Shown here: piece by piece, positions 25,800-36,424 of the stretch
How the letters are laid out: every line of letters begins with the position of its first letter
How positions within the stretch are numbered: the stretch's first letter is position 1
Assembly: GCF_002113885.1 (NCBI RefSeq)
Contig: NW_018408804.1
Coordinates: 183,904-247,903, forward strand
DNA length: 64,000 nucleotides
Direction: 5' to 3'
Source of the DNA: Mizuhopecten yessoensis
Taxonomy: Eukaryota
Notes under the pieces: generated by a model
What the model was told of the DNA's origin: nothing
Databases searched by the model: none
What the model saw: the letters and a program-made list of their open reading frames with translations, nothing else
Program-made: the position numbers and the translations under genes

Positions 25800-25881
25800 A
25801 AACCTAGACATCTACAGATGACGTCATTAAATGGTCATTTGTAAACCTAGACATCTACAGATGACGTCATTCAATGGTCAT
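25800..25881. promoter_or_regulatory. 43-bp duplication carrying two perfect CRE palindromes (TGACGTCA at 25819 and 25862)
   Basis: The motif match and duplication are visible; function is untested. Confidence 0.3.
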
Positions 25882-25983
25882 AACTGTTATAATAGGACGT
25901 TAAGCCCGATAACACCAAATCAACCTACTGAGGTCAAGTGCATGACGATTGTTTTGTGTGAATTATCGACTAAATATGGTATA

Positions 25984-26050
25984 AATCTGGTTTGTGAGAG
26001 TTGAATATGGTCTCCTAAAATGCATGAATACAGCCCTCACAAACCAGATT
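25984..26050. mobile_element. Small hairpin MITE
   Basis: 15-bp inverted repeat aatctggtttgtgag / ctcacaaaccagatt; degenerate 9-bp flanks tatggtata / cgtgttata. Confidence 0.55.
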
Positions 26051-26563
26051 CGTGTTATAATCAGTTAATAATTATAAAATAGACACCTACATATAAGGCC
26101 CCACACACCGTTTTTATCGCAGCTAGATGTAACGAATTCTTCAAAGGTTTTTGAGACTCGTATTGTTTGATGTGAAACACATGTCTTTAGACAAACAAAC
26201 ACACACACAAATAACGTCGAAGATTACGCTGGTAAAATACTTGTTTTTAAGCATTTATTTTTTTCGTATAAGTTATTCAAATGTAAAGTAAAAAATATAT
26301 AAACAATTGCAAAATATCACAGATTTATAAAACAGAACAACCTAGGGACGGACTGCAGGCCACACATTTTCGACCTTTTTTCGCTCTTTGATGAAGGGGA
26401 GCATTGAACAGTGGACAAAAAATATCATATACCGATTTATGTGAAGTTCTAAGGTTGTGAAGTATGTGTTTTCCACTTTGGGCTGGTTTGTTTTAAGAAT
26501 TCAAAGTAATGAAATATGATGAAGCAAAAATATAAACTTTAAAGTGCATGTGTCATTATTTCA

Positions 26564-26653
26564 TTAAATCATTCACCCCTGGAATTTCATAGTCGACTAT
26601 ACCAACCTTTGAATCGGAAGAGTTCAAATGTGTCTTCATGGGTGAGTGAGTAA
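26564..26653. mobile_element. Short TTAA-flanked MITE (piggyBac/Kolobok-like target)
   Basis: ttaa-atcattcacccctg ... catgggtgagtgag-taa, imperfect inverted ends. Confidence 0.5.
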
Positions 26654-26658
26654 ATCCT

Positions 26659-26915
26659 TCACACATACCAAGGGAAACAACTCTTTTACTTACACAAGGG
26701 CCATTGCTCTGTTTATCACACATACCAAGGGAACTAACTCTTTAACTTAAACAATGGCCATTGCTCTGTTTATCACACATACCAAGGGAACTAACTCTTT
26801 TACTTACACAAGGGCCATTGCTCTGTGTATCACGTAAAGCAAGGGGAACAACTCTTTTACTCACACAAGGGCAATCACTCTGTTTCTCATCTCTCGTACA
26901 ACAAAGGGAAATAAC
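26659..26915 (+). repeat. ~57-bp tandem repeat, ~4.5 copies
   Basis: cacacataccaagggaactaactcttttacttacacaagggccattgctctgtttat repeated. Confidence 0.9.
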
Positions 26916-26987
26916 TCACACAGCAACGAGTATAATAACCTTTTCTAACACAACAATCTTTTGCTTCAGTTTTCTTAAACTGTTCAT

Positions 26988-27066
26988 CAATCTGATTAAA
27001 ATCATATCCTACATTCTCCTAACGTGATACAGGTAGAGAACGTAGGATATGATTTTAATCAGATTG
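26988..27066. mobile_element. 79-bp hairpin MITE with perfect 9-bp TSD (actgttcat)
   Basis: 25-bp perfect TIR caatctgattaaaatcatatcctac / gtaggatatgattttaatcagattg; actgttcat on both sides. Confidence 0.9.
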
Positions 27067-27573
27067 ACTGTTCATTATCCTGAATGTATTGGCAAGATAA
27101 TAGTTCTTTATAAAGAAGAGGCCACTTTTCGGCCTGGGGTCAGTTCTAAATTTATATAACTCCATAAAAAAGGTTTCAGATGCTACATTTTTTTTCAATG
27201 GTCTCCAAAATTTATAGTGTAGGTAAGTGTTTCTTTTACTTACTCTTTAATTATCACCTGTTTTGCTGGTATAATATCAAAGGAAAATTTTTACCGAACC
27301 AGCTGGATCAAATTTTTCTGGCATCTGAAAATCATGTTGTACAAGCTGCAATACGCACAAATAAACAGCCAATGCAAATGTCAGATTCTGAGATATATTG
27401 TAGATTGTAGGATGTCTGATATGTATTATCCCATTCTGGGACATCCCAGTCCCTCTGTTAGAAGCGTAGCTTATCTCCACATACATCCTACATCCCAATG
27501 TGCCGCGGTAAGATGACCTACGGTGTATTTGGTAGGACGTCTAATGTCTAAGCCTAAGGTACTGTTGAAATGT

Positions 27574-27709
27574 CTAGCTTGTCTTCAGATGCCGGATCTC
27601 TTTCTCCAGTACAGTGGTGACGCGGATGGCCTCATCCGCCTTGTCTCCCCCGATACGTCTCAAGGCAGCGAGGGCCGCCTCACGTACATTAGAAATAATA
27701 TCATTCCGC
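27574..27709 (-). CDS. TIR/EF-hand-like/HEAT protein, last coding exon (final HEAT repeat)
   Basis: Acceptor tttttcag|, phase 2 matching the previous exon; (W)RNDIISNVREAALAALRRIGGDKADEAIRVTTVLEKEIRHLKTS*. Confidence 0.9.
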
Positions 27710-28817
27710 CTGAAAAAATATAATCATACAGTACAAAACAACTTGTTTTGATGTCCCATCACAAACTGATAACAAAAGTCAATTAAGTGACTTTATCAGG
27801 GTAAGACTACCAACATTCCAGCTCATTAAGTACTGTATTTACCCTAATAACCCCCACCCCCATCCATTGACTGGTCAAAGTATCCCATTGCTCAAATATT
27901 GATTTATACCTTATATTAGTTCGAAAACTGACTTAATTATGGGTATATTTGTTGGATAGGTTTTGTTTTTTCTGTAATCAGTTTTCCTCTACATCGCTAA
28001 TAAAGCACCAAGGGCACAGAACATTTGTATGAGACCAGATACAGCAGGTGTTACCAATTTCTGTCTTCAAGTGTTTTGTCATGGAATACTGGATATTATT
28101 TATCCCCTTTAACCCTTATTAAACATTTAAACATTCTGTATTACATAAGTTGTTTTATTGATTGTTCAAATATGTTTCATTGAAATGTTACTCTCCTTTC
28201 AAAATTATGTTAGCTGTCAGCTAAAATAGATTTTTTTCAACTAAGTAAAATATCTAAAAATGAATTGGCATAACTTTAAAAAAAATCTTATCATTATTCA
28301 GAGTACTGAATTTTGATTTTTCTGAAAATGTTTTCCTTTAAATAAAATTTTCCTTATCACCTTGAACTTTTACCTTGACACTACAGAGACGTCATAAATC
28401 TACAAGATTAATCATAATATGCATCACATTACTTTCAGAAATGGGTAACTAAAATTCCAAAAAGCAATATTTAACAAAATTTGCAAATGATACAATAAAT
28501 CATCTTGCCTATTTAAGTAGTAAAATATTTTACACCTGTTGATACATCGAACACGAATCTAACAGTGTCCATGACTCAGGACCTGGAAGAACAAATTTGT
28601 TCAGGGTATTCCCAAGTTTGACCAAATCTCATCAGGAATGAAGTAGCTATAGCATTGACAAAGCGTGAACATATGAATGGAAGGCAATACACTTCCAATA
28701 CCTTGTCAAGACATGATAAAAATAACTGATTTTACAAGACTGGCAAGGTCTACACTATAAACCAATCCAGTGACAAGGGGAGACAACTGCGATATGTTAA
28801 ACCATATTGTAACTGAC

Positions 28818-29055
28818 CATAAATCCACTAGCTTCTCTATAGCAACGGTTGCTTTCATGACACCAAGGGAAAGACAACTGGCCTCGCGGACGATTCTGTC
28901 TCTGGAGTGAAGGCACTGCATGACGTATTTGACTGTCTTGTCGTCATTGGCTCCCGTTCTGGCCAATGAAATGATGGCTACAGCCTGCACATTTGGATCT
29001 TTGTCGGACAACAAGTCTCGTAGAGCATCAATGACTGTTGCACTCTTGAACTTTC
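28818..29055 (-). CDS. TIR/EF-hand-like/HEAT protein, exon 8 (HEAT/PBS-lyase-like repeats)
   Basis: acag| ... |gtcagt; (G)KFKSATVIDALRDLLSDKDPNVQAVAIISLARTG...LHSRDRIVREASCLSLGVMKATVAIEKLVDL(W). Confidence 0.92.
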
Positions 29056-29202
29056 CTGTAAGTTAAGACATTGAAGTTTTAATACAACTAAAAAACATCC
29101 CTACTTAACTCTTTTACCATAGCACTGATATTTTAGATTTATTTTCTCTTAGTCCTCTTATTGTAGCTTTAATATCATTGACCTTGACCTTGTCATTACA
29201 AA

Positions 29203-29281
29203 GGGGCCGTGGTGGCCAAGTGGTTAAGGTGTCTGACATTCTGCTACCACTAACCCTCCACCACTGGGTCGGGGGTTCGTA
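29203..29281 (+). mobile_element. Truncated tRNA-derived SINE head
   Basis: ggggccgtggtggccaagtggttaagg...ggttcg is near-identical to the SINE head at 53260. Confidence 0.75.
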
Positions 29282-29360
29282 AGTCTGAAGGACACTGTTT
29301 ACATTGGCTACCCATAACCTTGTTTTATCTCAATTATTAATTACATGGAATTTTAATTAC

Positions 29361-29492
29361 CTAAGTTTTCAATGGCCTGGACACGAACAGAGGAGTCCAT
29401 TTTGAAGACTTCTCGCATGGCGTAACTCTCTCTGGCCTGGTCCTGTATTCGCATCCACAGAGGACGGACCTGGTCGTCAATCGTACAGAACT
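29361..29492 (-). CDS. TIR/EF-hand-like/HEAT protein, exon 7
   Basis: ctttgcag| ... |gtaatt, phases 1/1; (E)FCTIDDQVRPLWMRIQDQARESYAMREVFKMDSSVRVQAIENL(G), the start of the first HEAT repeat. Confidence 0.9.
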   Translation of the reverse strand, partial: SSVRLTTRSVLCGCEYRTRPERVTPCEKSSKWTPLFVSRPLKT

Positions 29493-30461
29493 CTGCAAAG
29501 CAGGATGACATTGTATAAAACAGAAACTCTTCAAAAATCAGCTATTAAAATGTACCTGGTATCCCCACTCGGGTCAGGACACAATAAGGCAGCTGTTCAC
29601 CGAGGAAGAAACGTTTGGTATCTCACTACTCCCTGTGGGGAGTGGCTTTAATACTGGTTGATCATAAAATGATGAATGGAATTTCAGCTCACACATCTTT
29701 ACTTTGCATGCCTTACTTTGTATACGTGTATTTTATGTCATAACACTTGCACTTTTTCCTCTTGTGTACATAAGCACAATTTGCTGTTACTATGGAAACG
29801 CCATATTAACACTATTGGTAGTTAAAAGGTGCCGATGACAATTTTCGACTCCCTATTAGCGTTTATCTCACTTTCGCAGAAATCATTTGAAAAGCTCCCT
29901 GCTTATGATAAATAGGACCTGAATTTGAATCCCGAGTCAGCAGAGATGTTTTTGTGAAAATTATGATATTAAATATGATATACATGTATATATCTCGTTT
30001 ACATATATACATGTAGTTGATTCCTTTAGTTAATGAGCCAGTACAAGTAACTCCGGATAAACAAATTCTAAATAAAGAAAAACTTAATTATTGGAGAAAA
30101 CATGCAGTGGCTAGAACTAACTGCCTTAAAGGACAATTTAACATGAGTGCTTCATTTGTATATAAGTTTCTCTATCAAGGAATGTAAACAGCCCAAGGTC
30201 TACTAGTTTCTTTCTTCACATACACACACAGGCAAAAAGAAATCCTGACCTGATTTTCACCTGAACTTAAGTCATTTCACATGAAAAACTTTTCAGATCA
30301 GTTTCATGTCAATTACCTGAAAAAATATGATTTGATTTCAGGCGAAATTTTGCCTGTGTAGGTAACAGTTATTAATCCAATACAATACCATACATTAAGT
30401 ACTACATAAAAGGATACAATATAACTGAATGTGTTAAAATAAATAACAACACTACAATAGA

Positions 30462-31400
30462 GGATATCCTCTCACACTAGGCTATCCTCTAACACTCCGA
30501 TATCCTCTAACACTCCGATATCCTCTTACACTCCGATATCCTCTTACACTCAGATATCCTCTTACACTCAGATATCCTCTTACACTCCGATATCCTCTAA
30601 CACTCCAATATCCTCTTACACTCAGATATCCTCTCACACTCCGATATCCTCTAACACTCCGATATCCTCTCACACTCCGATATCCTCTTACACTCCGATA
30701 TCCTCTCACACTCCGATATCCTCTCACACTCCGATATCTTCTCACACTCCGATATCCTCTCACACTCCGATATTCTCTAACACTAGGCTATCCTCTTACA
30801 CTCCGATATCCTTTAACACTAGGCTATCCTCTCACACTCCGATATCCTCTAACACTCCGATATCCTCTCACACTCCGATATCCTCTCACACTAGGCTATC
30901 CTCTTACACTCCGATATCCTCTCACACTAGGCTATCCTCTTACACTCCAATATCCTCTCACACTAGGCTATCCTCTTACACTCCGATATCCTCTTACACT
31001 CCGATATCCTCTCACACTAGGCTATCCTCTTACACTCCGATATCCTCTAACACTCCGATATCCTCTCACACTAGGCTATCCTCTAACACTCCGATATCCT
31101 CTCACACTCCGATATCCTCTCACACTAGGCTATCCTCTAACACTCCGATATCCTCTCACACTAGGCTATCCTCTTACACTCCAATATCCTCTCACACTAG
31201 GCTATCCTCTTACACTCCGATATCCTCTTACACTCCGATATCCTCTCACACTAGGCTATCCTCTTACACTCCGATATCCTCTAACACTCCGATATCCTCT
31301 CACACTAGGCTATCCTCTAACACTCCGATATCCTCTCACACTCCGATATCCTCTCACACTAGGCTATCCTCTAACACTCCGATATCCTCTCACAGTCAGA
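30462..31400 (+). repeat. 18-bp minisatellite (atcctctcacactccgat / ...actaggct variant), ~52 copies, intronic
   Basis: Directly visible. Confidence 0.95.
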
Positions 31401-31756
31401 CATCCCCTCACTCTTGGACACCTTCTAATGCTTAGACATCCTCTTATGCTTCGATATACTCTCAGACTCTAATATCCTCTCACTAATATCCTTTTTCACT
31501 AGACAGAATCATTAGGCAGAGTTAAGCAGGGTGGCGGAGGCCAAGTCCGGGTTTTGGAAGATACATGTATATTTCAGAGTTAATAAAGAATAAAGGAAAA
31601 TAATTGCATACCCTCGTAAGCATTATCCTTTATCTAACTGATGGCATTTCTACATGTACTCCTATGTCAACTAAAACCCATTAGATACTTAACTGATCCT
31701 TGACTAACGTCAACCACCAGATGGGGTCATGTGATTATATAATAAGCTAAACAAAC

Positions 31757-31899
31757 CTGTGTAGTTGTCCTTGTTGACCATCTCCTCTGTGCTGATGTCC
31801 AGTTCTCTATGAAGTATCGCTAATAACCACTCAGTGTCATCTTCTCCAAACGTCTTATCAAAGTCCTCCTTAAAGTCGGTCAGTATTTGACCTCTAAAC
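31757..31899 (-). CDS. TIR/EF-hand-like/HEAT protein, exon 6
   Basis: ttgttttag| ... |gtttgt, phases 2/1; (R)FRGQILTDFKEDFDKTFGEDDTEWLLAILHRELDISTEEMVNKDNYT. Confidence 0.88.
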
Positions 31900-32457
31900 C
31901 TAAAACAAGGACAATTCCATTTAACCTTGACACAGAGAGAGAAGAGGTCAATGACCTTGACACAGAGAGACAAGAGGTCAATGACCTTGACATTCAGATT
32001 GATAAGAAGTCAATAAAACAACACAGTGACGTTTTAACTTGTGGTGAATTGATTGACAAGATTCCTTGATAAGTGATGACTTGATTTAATGGTGATTGGA
32101 TTAATGAGGTCTTAGGTGACCACTGGACTTCATACAATTGTCCATTATTAAGGTATTCCATGTATAATGAAATTGGCCAACATCGGGAAACTTCGTAATC
32201 TGGGAATTCCCCCTAATGGTGACTTCATATTTGGTATGAGTTTTTGCCGTTGGGGAAACCCTGCTTGTTAACAAATGGCAACTGTTCTTTATTTAAAAAT
32301 ATGTATTACCAGGTATACATGGATTTCCTTAATTCAACCAATCAGAAACTTTGCATTTTATTGAAGAACTGGGCTTTCTGCTGATCAGTTTATGCTGTTT
32401 ATTGAAGAACTGGGCTTTCTGCTGATCAGTTAATGCTGTTTAACCATCAACACTTGC

Positions 32458-32617
32458 CTTTCCCACGCAACATTGACAGATTTTCCAAATGATCTTGCCC
32501 AGTAAGCTATACCATCCTCCAGAAACAGTTTGGACTCTTTTTCACTGAATTTCCGAGAAATAGATCGGTTTAGCATTCTCCTTGATTTTACATTTGTCTC
32601 TGGCTTTGCTGTGTTTC
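32458..32617 (-). CDS. TIR/EF-hand-like/HEAT protein, exon 5 (ends at a GC donor)
   Basis: tttttatag| ... AG|GCAAGT, phases 1/2; (G)NTAKPETNVKSRRMLNRSISRKFSEKESKLFLEDGIAYWARSFGKSVNVAWE(R). Confidence 0.85.
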
Positions 32618-33100
32618 CTATAAAAAACAAACCAGAATATTAACAGAACAGTGAATCTTATAGATCTACCAACTTGTTAATTTCTCTTGCTTTCATTGTA
32701 TGAGTTAAAATCACATGAAACATATGTGGATTTTTTTTTCTCATTTGTTGTGCTCAAAAATATTTGTACACATGCAAGTAATTAACATTGCATTGTACTA
32801 TAATTAAGCAATACAACACAAAGTTATCATATCTTGAAAAGCCTATTTGAAGCTTGTTATCTTACACACAAAAAAATATTTGTGTTTCCACCATTATCCT
32901 TCACAAAATATAGGGTAGGTACTATATTTAGGTAGGTAATTTTTTTATTTTTGAATTTATTTTTACTAGGCTTATTTGGAGCAGCAGTTCTTACCAAAGC
33001 AGTGAATATCACTAAATGCCAATTAAAGAATGAGAGTAGTCAAACAATCTAGGCCAGGTAGGGTTAGCAGAAACACAAGGGCCGTTTTATTTGGTCCTAC

Positions 33101-33225
33101 CTTTATTCTCCTTCTCTTTGATTTCCTCCAGCAGTTTGAACACTTTGTTGGTTATGTCCTTCAAGTTGTCAGCAAGGCTTTCTGTTGACAAGGTGAACCA
33201 TTCAAAGCCAGCTAGTTCAAGACGC
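33101..33225 (-). CDS. TIR/EF-hand-like/HEAT protein, exon 4 (end of TIR domain, helical linker)
   Basis: gtttccag| ... |gtagga, phases 2/1; (M)RLELAGFEWFTLSTESLADNLKDITNKVFKLLEEIKEKENK. Confidence 0.88.
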
Positions 33226-33798
33226 CTGGAAACACAACACATGTTTCAATAAATTAATGTAACTGGTTTAGAATGTTTTCACGAGAGTTATCTCCCTTGA
33301 AACACTCCAAACCAGTGAGTACCACGCACCTTCTACATTCCAAGATAACACAGTTTAACTTATAGAGTGATGGTTACCTATAACTAACAGATTGTAATTT
33401 GGTATTGCAGATGTTACACTGTTTGTAGTAATTGATTAATAGGATTCATAAAAAACCCAAGGAGAAGTGGTTAGTTTCCACTAGGAGTGAAGGTTGTTTT
33501 TTCTATATTGATAGTGTTGAATTGTCCAGAAATTACAATTTTAAAGTAAAAGTACACAATGGGGGGTTGGTAGAGTGAAAGGGTTCAGAATGACAGTCAA
33601 GAGGTTCAGGTGGAAGGTTGTGGGCACAGTTGGTGCAATGGTGTGTTTGTTAGTTGGGTTTGTAATTTTGTTTGAAGGGAGCTCGAGAGGTATGGAAATG
33701 AGGAGAGGACCTTTGACGTCAGTGGAATGTTGATGGACAGGGCTATGGGAGTCTTGAACCCTGACTCAGGAGAGGGGAACATTACTACCAATACTTAC

Positions 33799-33944
33799 AT
33801 TCCGTTATCCATCAGGTTGAGGAGTTCTTGGTTTGGCAGCAGTGCCACAGGAAGGATAGACTTATTGGACACATAGGCTAAAGCCAACTGGTCCTGACAA
33901 ATCTTAGACTGGACAGATTCCCTACTCATCACAAACATGAAAAT
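33799..33944 (-). CDS. TIR/EF-hand-like/HEAT protein, exon 3 (TIR betaC-alphaC-betaD)
   Basis: gtttacag| ... |gtaagt, phases 0/2; IFMFVMSRESVQSKICQDQLALAYVSNKSILPVALLPNQELLNLMDNG. Confidence 0.92.
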
Positions 33945-33972
33945 CTGTAAACAAACAAGCGATGAGGGTCAC

Positions 33973-34740
33973 TGTGTTGTCAGGCTTACAACAAGTGTTG
34001 TCTGGGTTACAACTAGTGTTGTCTGGCTTACAACTAGTGTTGTCAGGGTTATAACTAGTGTTGTCTGGCTTACAACTAGTGTTGTCAGGGTTACAACTAG
34101 TGTTGTCAGGGTTATAACTAGTGTCATCTGAGTTATAACTAGTGTTGTCAGGGTTACAACTAGTGTTGTCTGGGTTACAACTAGTGTTATCCGGGTTACA
34201 ACTAGTGTTGTCAGGGTTATAACTAGTGTTGTCAGGGTTATAACTAGTGTTGACAGGGTTACAACTAGTGTTGTCTGTGTTACAACTAGTGTTGTCTGTG
34301 TTATAACTAGTGTTGTCAGGGTTACAACTAGTGTTGTCAGGGTTACAACTAGTCTTGTTTGAGTTACAACTAATGATGTCAGGGTTGCAACTTATGTTTT
34401 CTGTTACAACTCCTGATATCAATGTTATACAACTAATGTTGTCAGGGTTACAACTAGTGTTGTTTGGCTTACAACAAGTGTTGTTTGGCTTACAACTAGT
34501 GTTGTCAGGGTTACAACTAGTGCTGTCAGGGTTACAATTACAAGTTTTGTTTTCTGTTACAACTAGTGTTATCTGGGTTACTTTTCATGTTGTCAGGGTT
34601 ACTACTTTAGTGACATCAGAATTTTAACTGTGTTGCCATGGATACAACTACTGTAGTCAGGGTTATGGCCAGTGTTGTCAGGGATAAAACTAGTGTTGTC
34701 AAGGTTACAACTAGTGATCTAAATGTTATAACTGTGTTTT
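33973..34740 (+). repeat. 21-bp minisatellite (actagtgttgtcagggttaca), intronic, decaying toward 34740
   Basis: Directly visible; source of the spurious SCNPDNT-repeat ORF. Confidence 0.93.
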
Positions 34741-34835
34741 CAGGAATACTAATTAGTATATTAAGAGTTGTCCGAGTTTCTGCTGGTGTAGTTGTCATGG
34801 TCATCATATTAATTACCAGACCAGAGAAAACTCAC

Positions 34836-34939
34836 ACTGCTGTCCACGACAGCCTGTCCTATCCTGGCAAAGATGTCAGCTCCACTCATTATGTCTTCAG
34901 TCTCCAGCCACGCCCGGATTCCCTCCCCAACCATCTTTT
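34836..34939 (-). CDS. TIR/EF-hand-like/HEAT protein, exon 2 (TIR betaB, BB loop, alphaB)
   Basis: cgtttacag| ... |gtgagt, phases 1/0; (E)KMVGEGIRAWLETEDIMSGADIFARIGQAVVDSS. Confidence 0.92.
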
Positions 34940-35833
34940 CTGTAAACGTACAAAATTGGAACCACAATGATTTACAAATACATGTATGTATTAGTATCAA
35001 TACTTTATGTTTCTATATATTAAATCTTCTTCATCCTGTGTATTGCTTTTTTTTATTCTTGTAAAAGGTTTTTTATTCGTTGCAATGTTCAGGTGGGAAT
35101 ATTTGAACTGTGACAAAAAAAATTGACACCACGAGCAAAATGGAATAGTGATTTGTGACTAAATGGACGGTTGTGGGTAATTGATTAAGTTAAAACTCAT
35201 TCCTAGATATATGTAATGTTTTATGTGTCATAACGTTATTTGCTTTTCATCACTCCTGAAAACTTAGAAACATCAGGCTGTGTCGAATAATCCGTGTTTT
35301 AGTATATTGACTCTGGCCTCACACCAGATAATACTTCTACTGTATGTCACAAAATGTCAAAAGTCTGGTGTTGGGGCCAGAGGGAAATCGAAAGGACGAG
35401 GCCCAACACAACATTGGACAAGCAAACCATCCTCGAGATTCCAGGAGTTCTACCAAACTTCTCTGCACCCCTGGACCAGTGAAATATGTCATGATGAAAG
35501 CATGGGCTCTGTATGTGCCACGTTGTGGATGTTACAAGAAGACAAGTTGATCCCTTGATGTACATCAAAAGAATTGTGTGGAAACATAACAGTAAAATTC
35601 ACCAGAACTGAAGTCAGGTGTTGGCGATTTTTAATTTTTCTCCTTTTTTTCACCTGAAACCAATCCAAAAGCTTACTCAAGGTGCATACAATTTTGTCAT
35701 AAAATATTCAAGAGGGTGGTGCGGAGAATGTAAGTTATTTTTTATTATTGTATTATAACCCCTGAATTTGGAGGATGGCAGCAAACAAGAAAATAAAGTT
35801 CAAAATGTATATTAGCAATGTCCTCAAACATAC

Positions 35834-35966
35834 CACGCAGTTTTTTGGTGATGTCCTCATCAGCCTGGTCGTAAGATATCATCACATCCTTGATCGTTCC
35901 AACTGTGGTCAGCGCCAGTTTGGCCTGCACACGTGGAGTGGTCAGTTTACTCATATTGACCAATAC
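35834..35966 (-). CDS. TIR/EF-hand-like/HEAT protein, first identified coding exon (TIR betaA DVMISY; candidate ATG at 35954)
   Basis: atttatag| ... |gtatgt; VLVNMSKLTTPRVQAKLALTTVGTIKDVMISYDQADEDITKKLR. Confidence 0.88.
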
Positions 35967-36087
35967 CTATAAATATTTTGGAAGTAAGATGTAAATGGTC
36001 ACCTGTATATGTTGTAGACTAATTATAATTAATAATTACAAAATGTATAAGGATATAGGAACAGATTGCCTCAGTATAGTGTAACAT

Positions 36088-36145
36088 GCGGGTGGTCACC
36101 CATCCAACTACTGACCATTCTCGAGGTTGCTGAACAAGTGAGCAG
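36088..36145 (-). pseudogene. 5S rRNA-derived fragment (5S pseudogene or SINE3 head)
   Basis: The reverse complement gttcagcaacctcgagaatggtcagtagttggatgggtgaccacc resembles the 5S internal control region (gttaagcaa...ggttagtacttggatgggtgaccgcc). Confidence 0.6.
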
Positions 36146-36327
36146 GTCCCCGGAGTTATACTGCATCACTGGAAAAGCTAGCTTGCCAGTAATGCAGTAT
36201 TTTCCCCTCAAATTCCTTAGCTGTTACAATTAATAGGGACATCTGGTTGGGTTTTGACTTCAATAATAAACATTAAAGAAGATTTAATGTAGATGTAGAT
36301 CTTCAAAATGCATTTAAAAAATATTAT

Positions 36328-36424
36328 GGTGTCTAATATAAGATACGTTGTTACTGGTGTCTAATATAAGATACGTTGTTACTGGTGTCTAATATAAGAT
36401 ACGTTGTTACTGGTGTCTAATATA
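36328..36424 (+). repeat. 28-bp tandem repeat, ~3.5 copies
   Basis: tggtgtctaatataagatacgttgttac repeated. Confidence 0.9.

Noticed and set aside
29570-29680. Possible intronic C/D snoRNA on the minus strand
   Set aside because: The C box is imperfect (atgatca), with no terminal stem or recognisable rRNA antisense element.
30482-30763. (RGYRSV)n ORF
   Set aside because: It is an intronic 18-bp minisatellite.
33922-34422. (SCNPDNT)n ORF resembling an antifreeze or Cys-rich repeat protein
   Set aside because: It is an intronic 21-bp minisatellite between TIR exons 2 and 3, which already join in phase without it.
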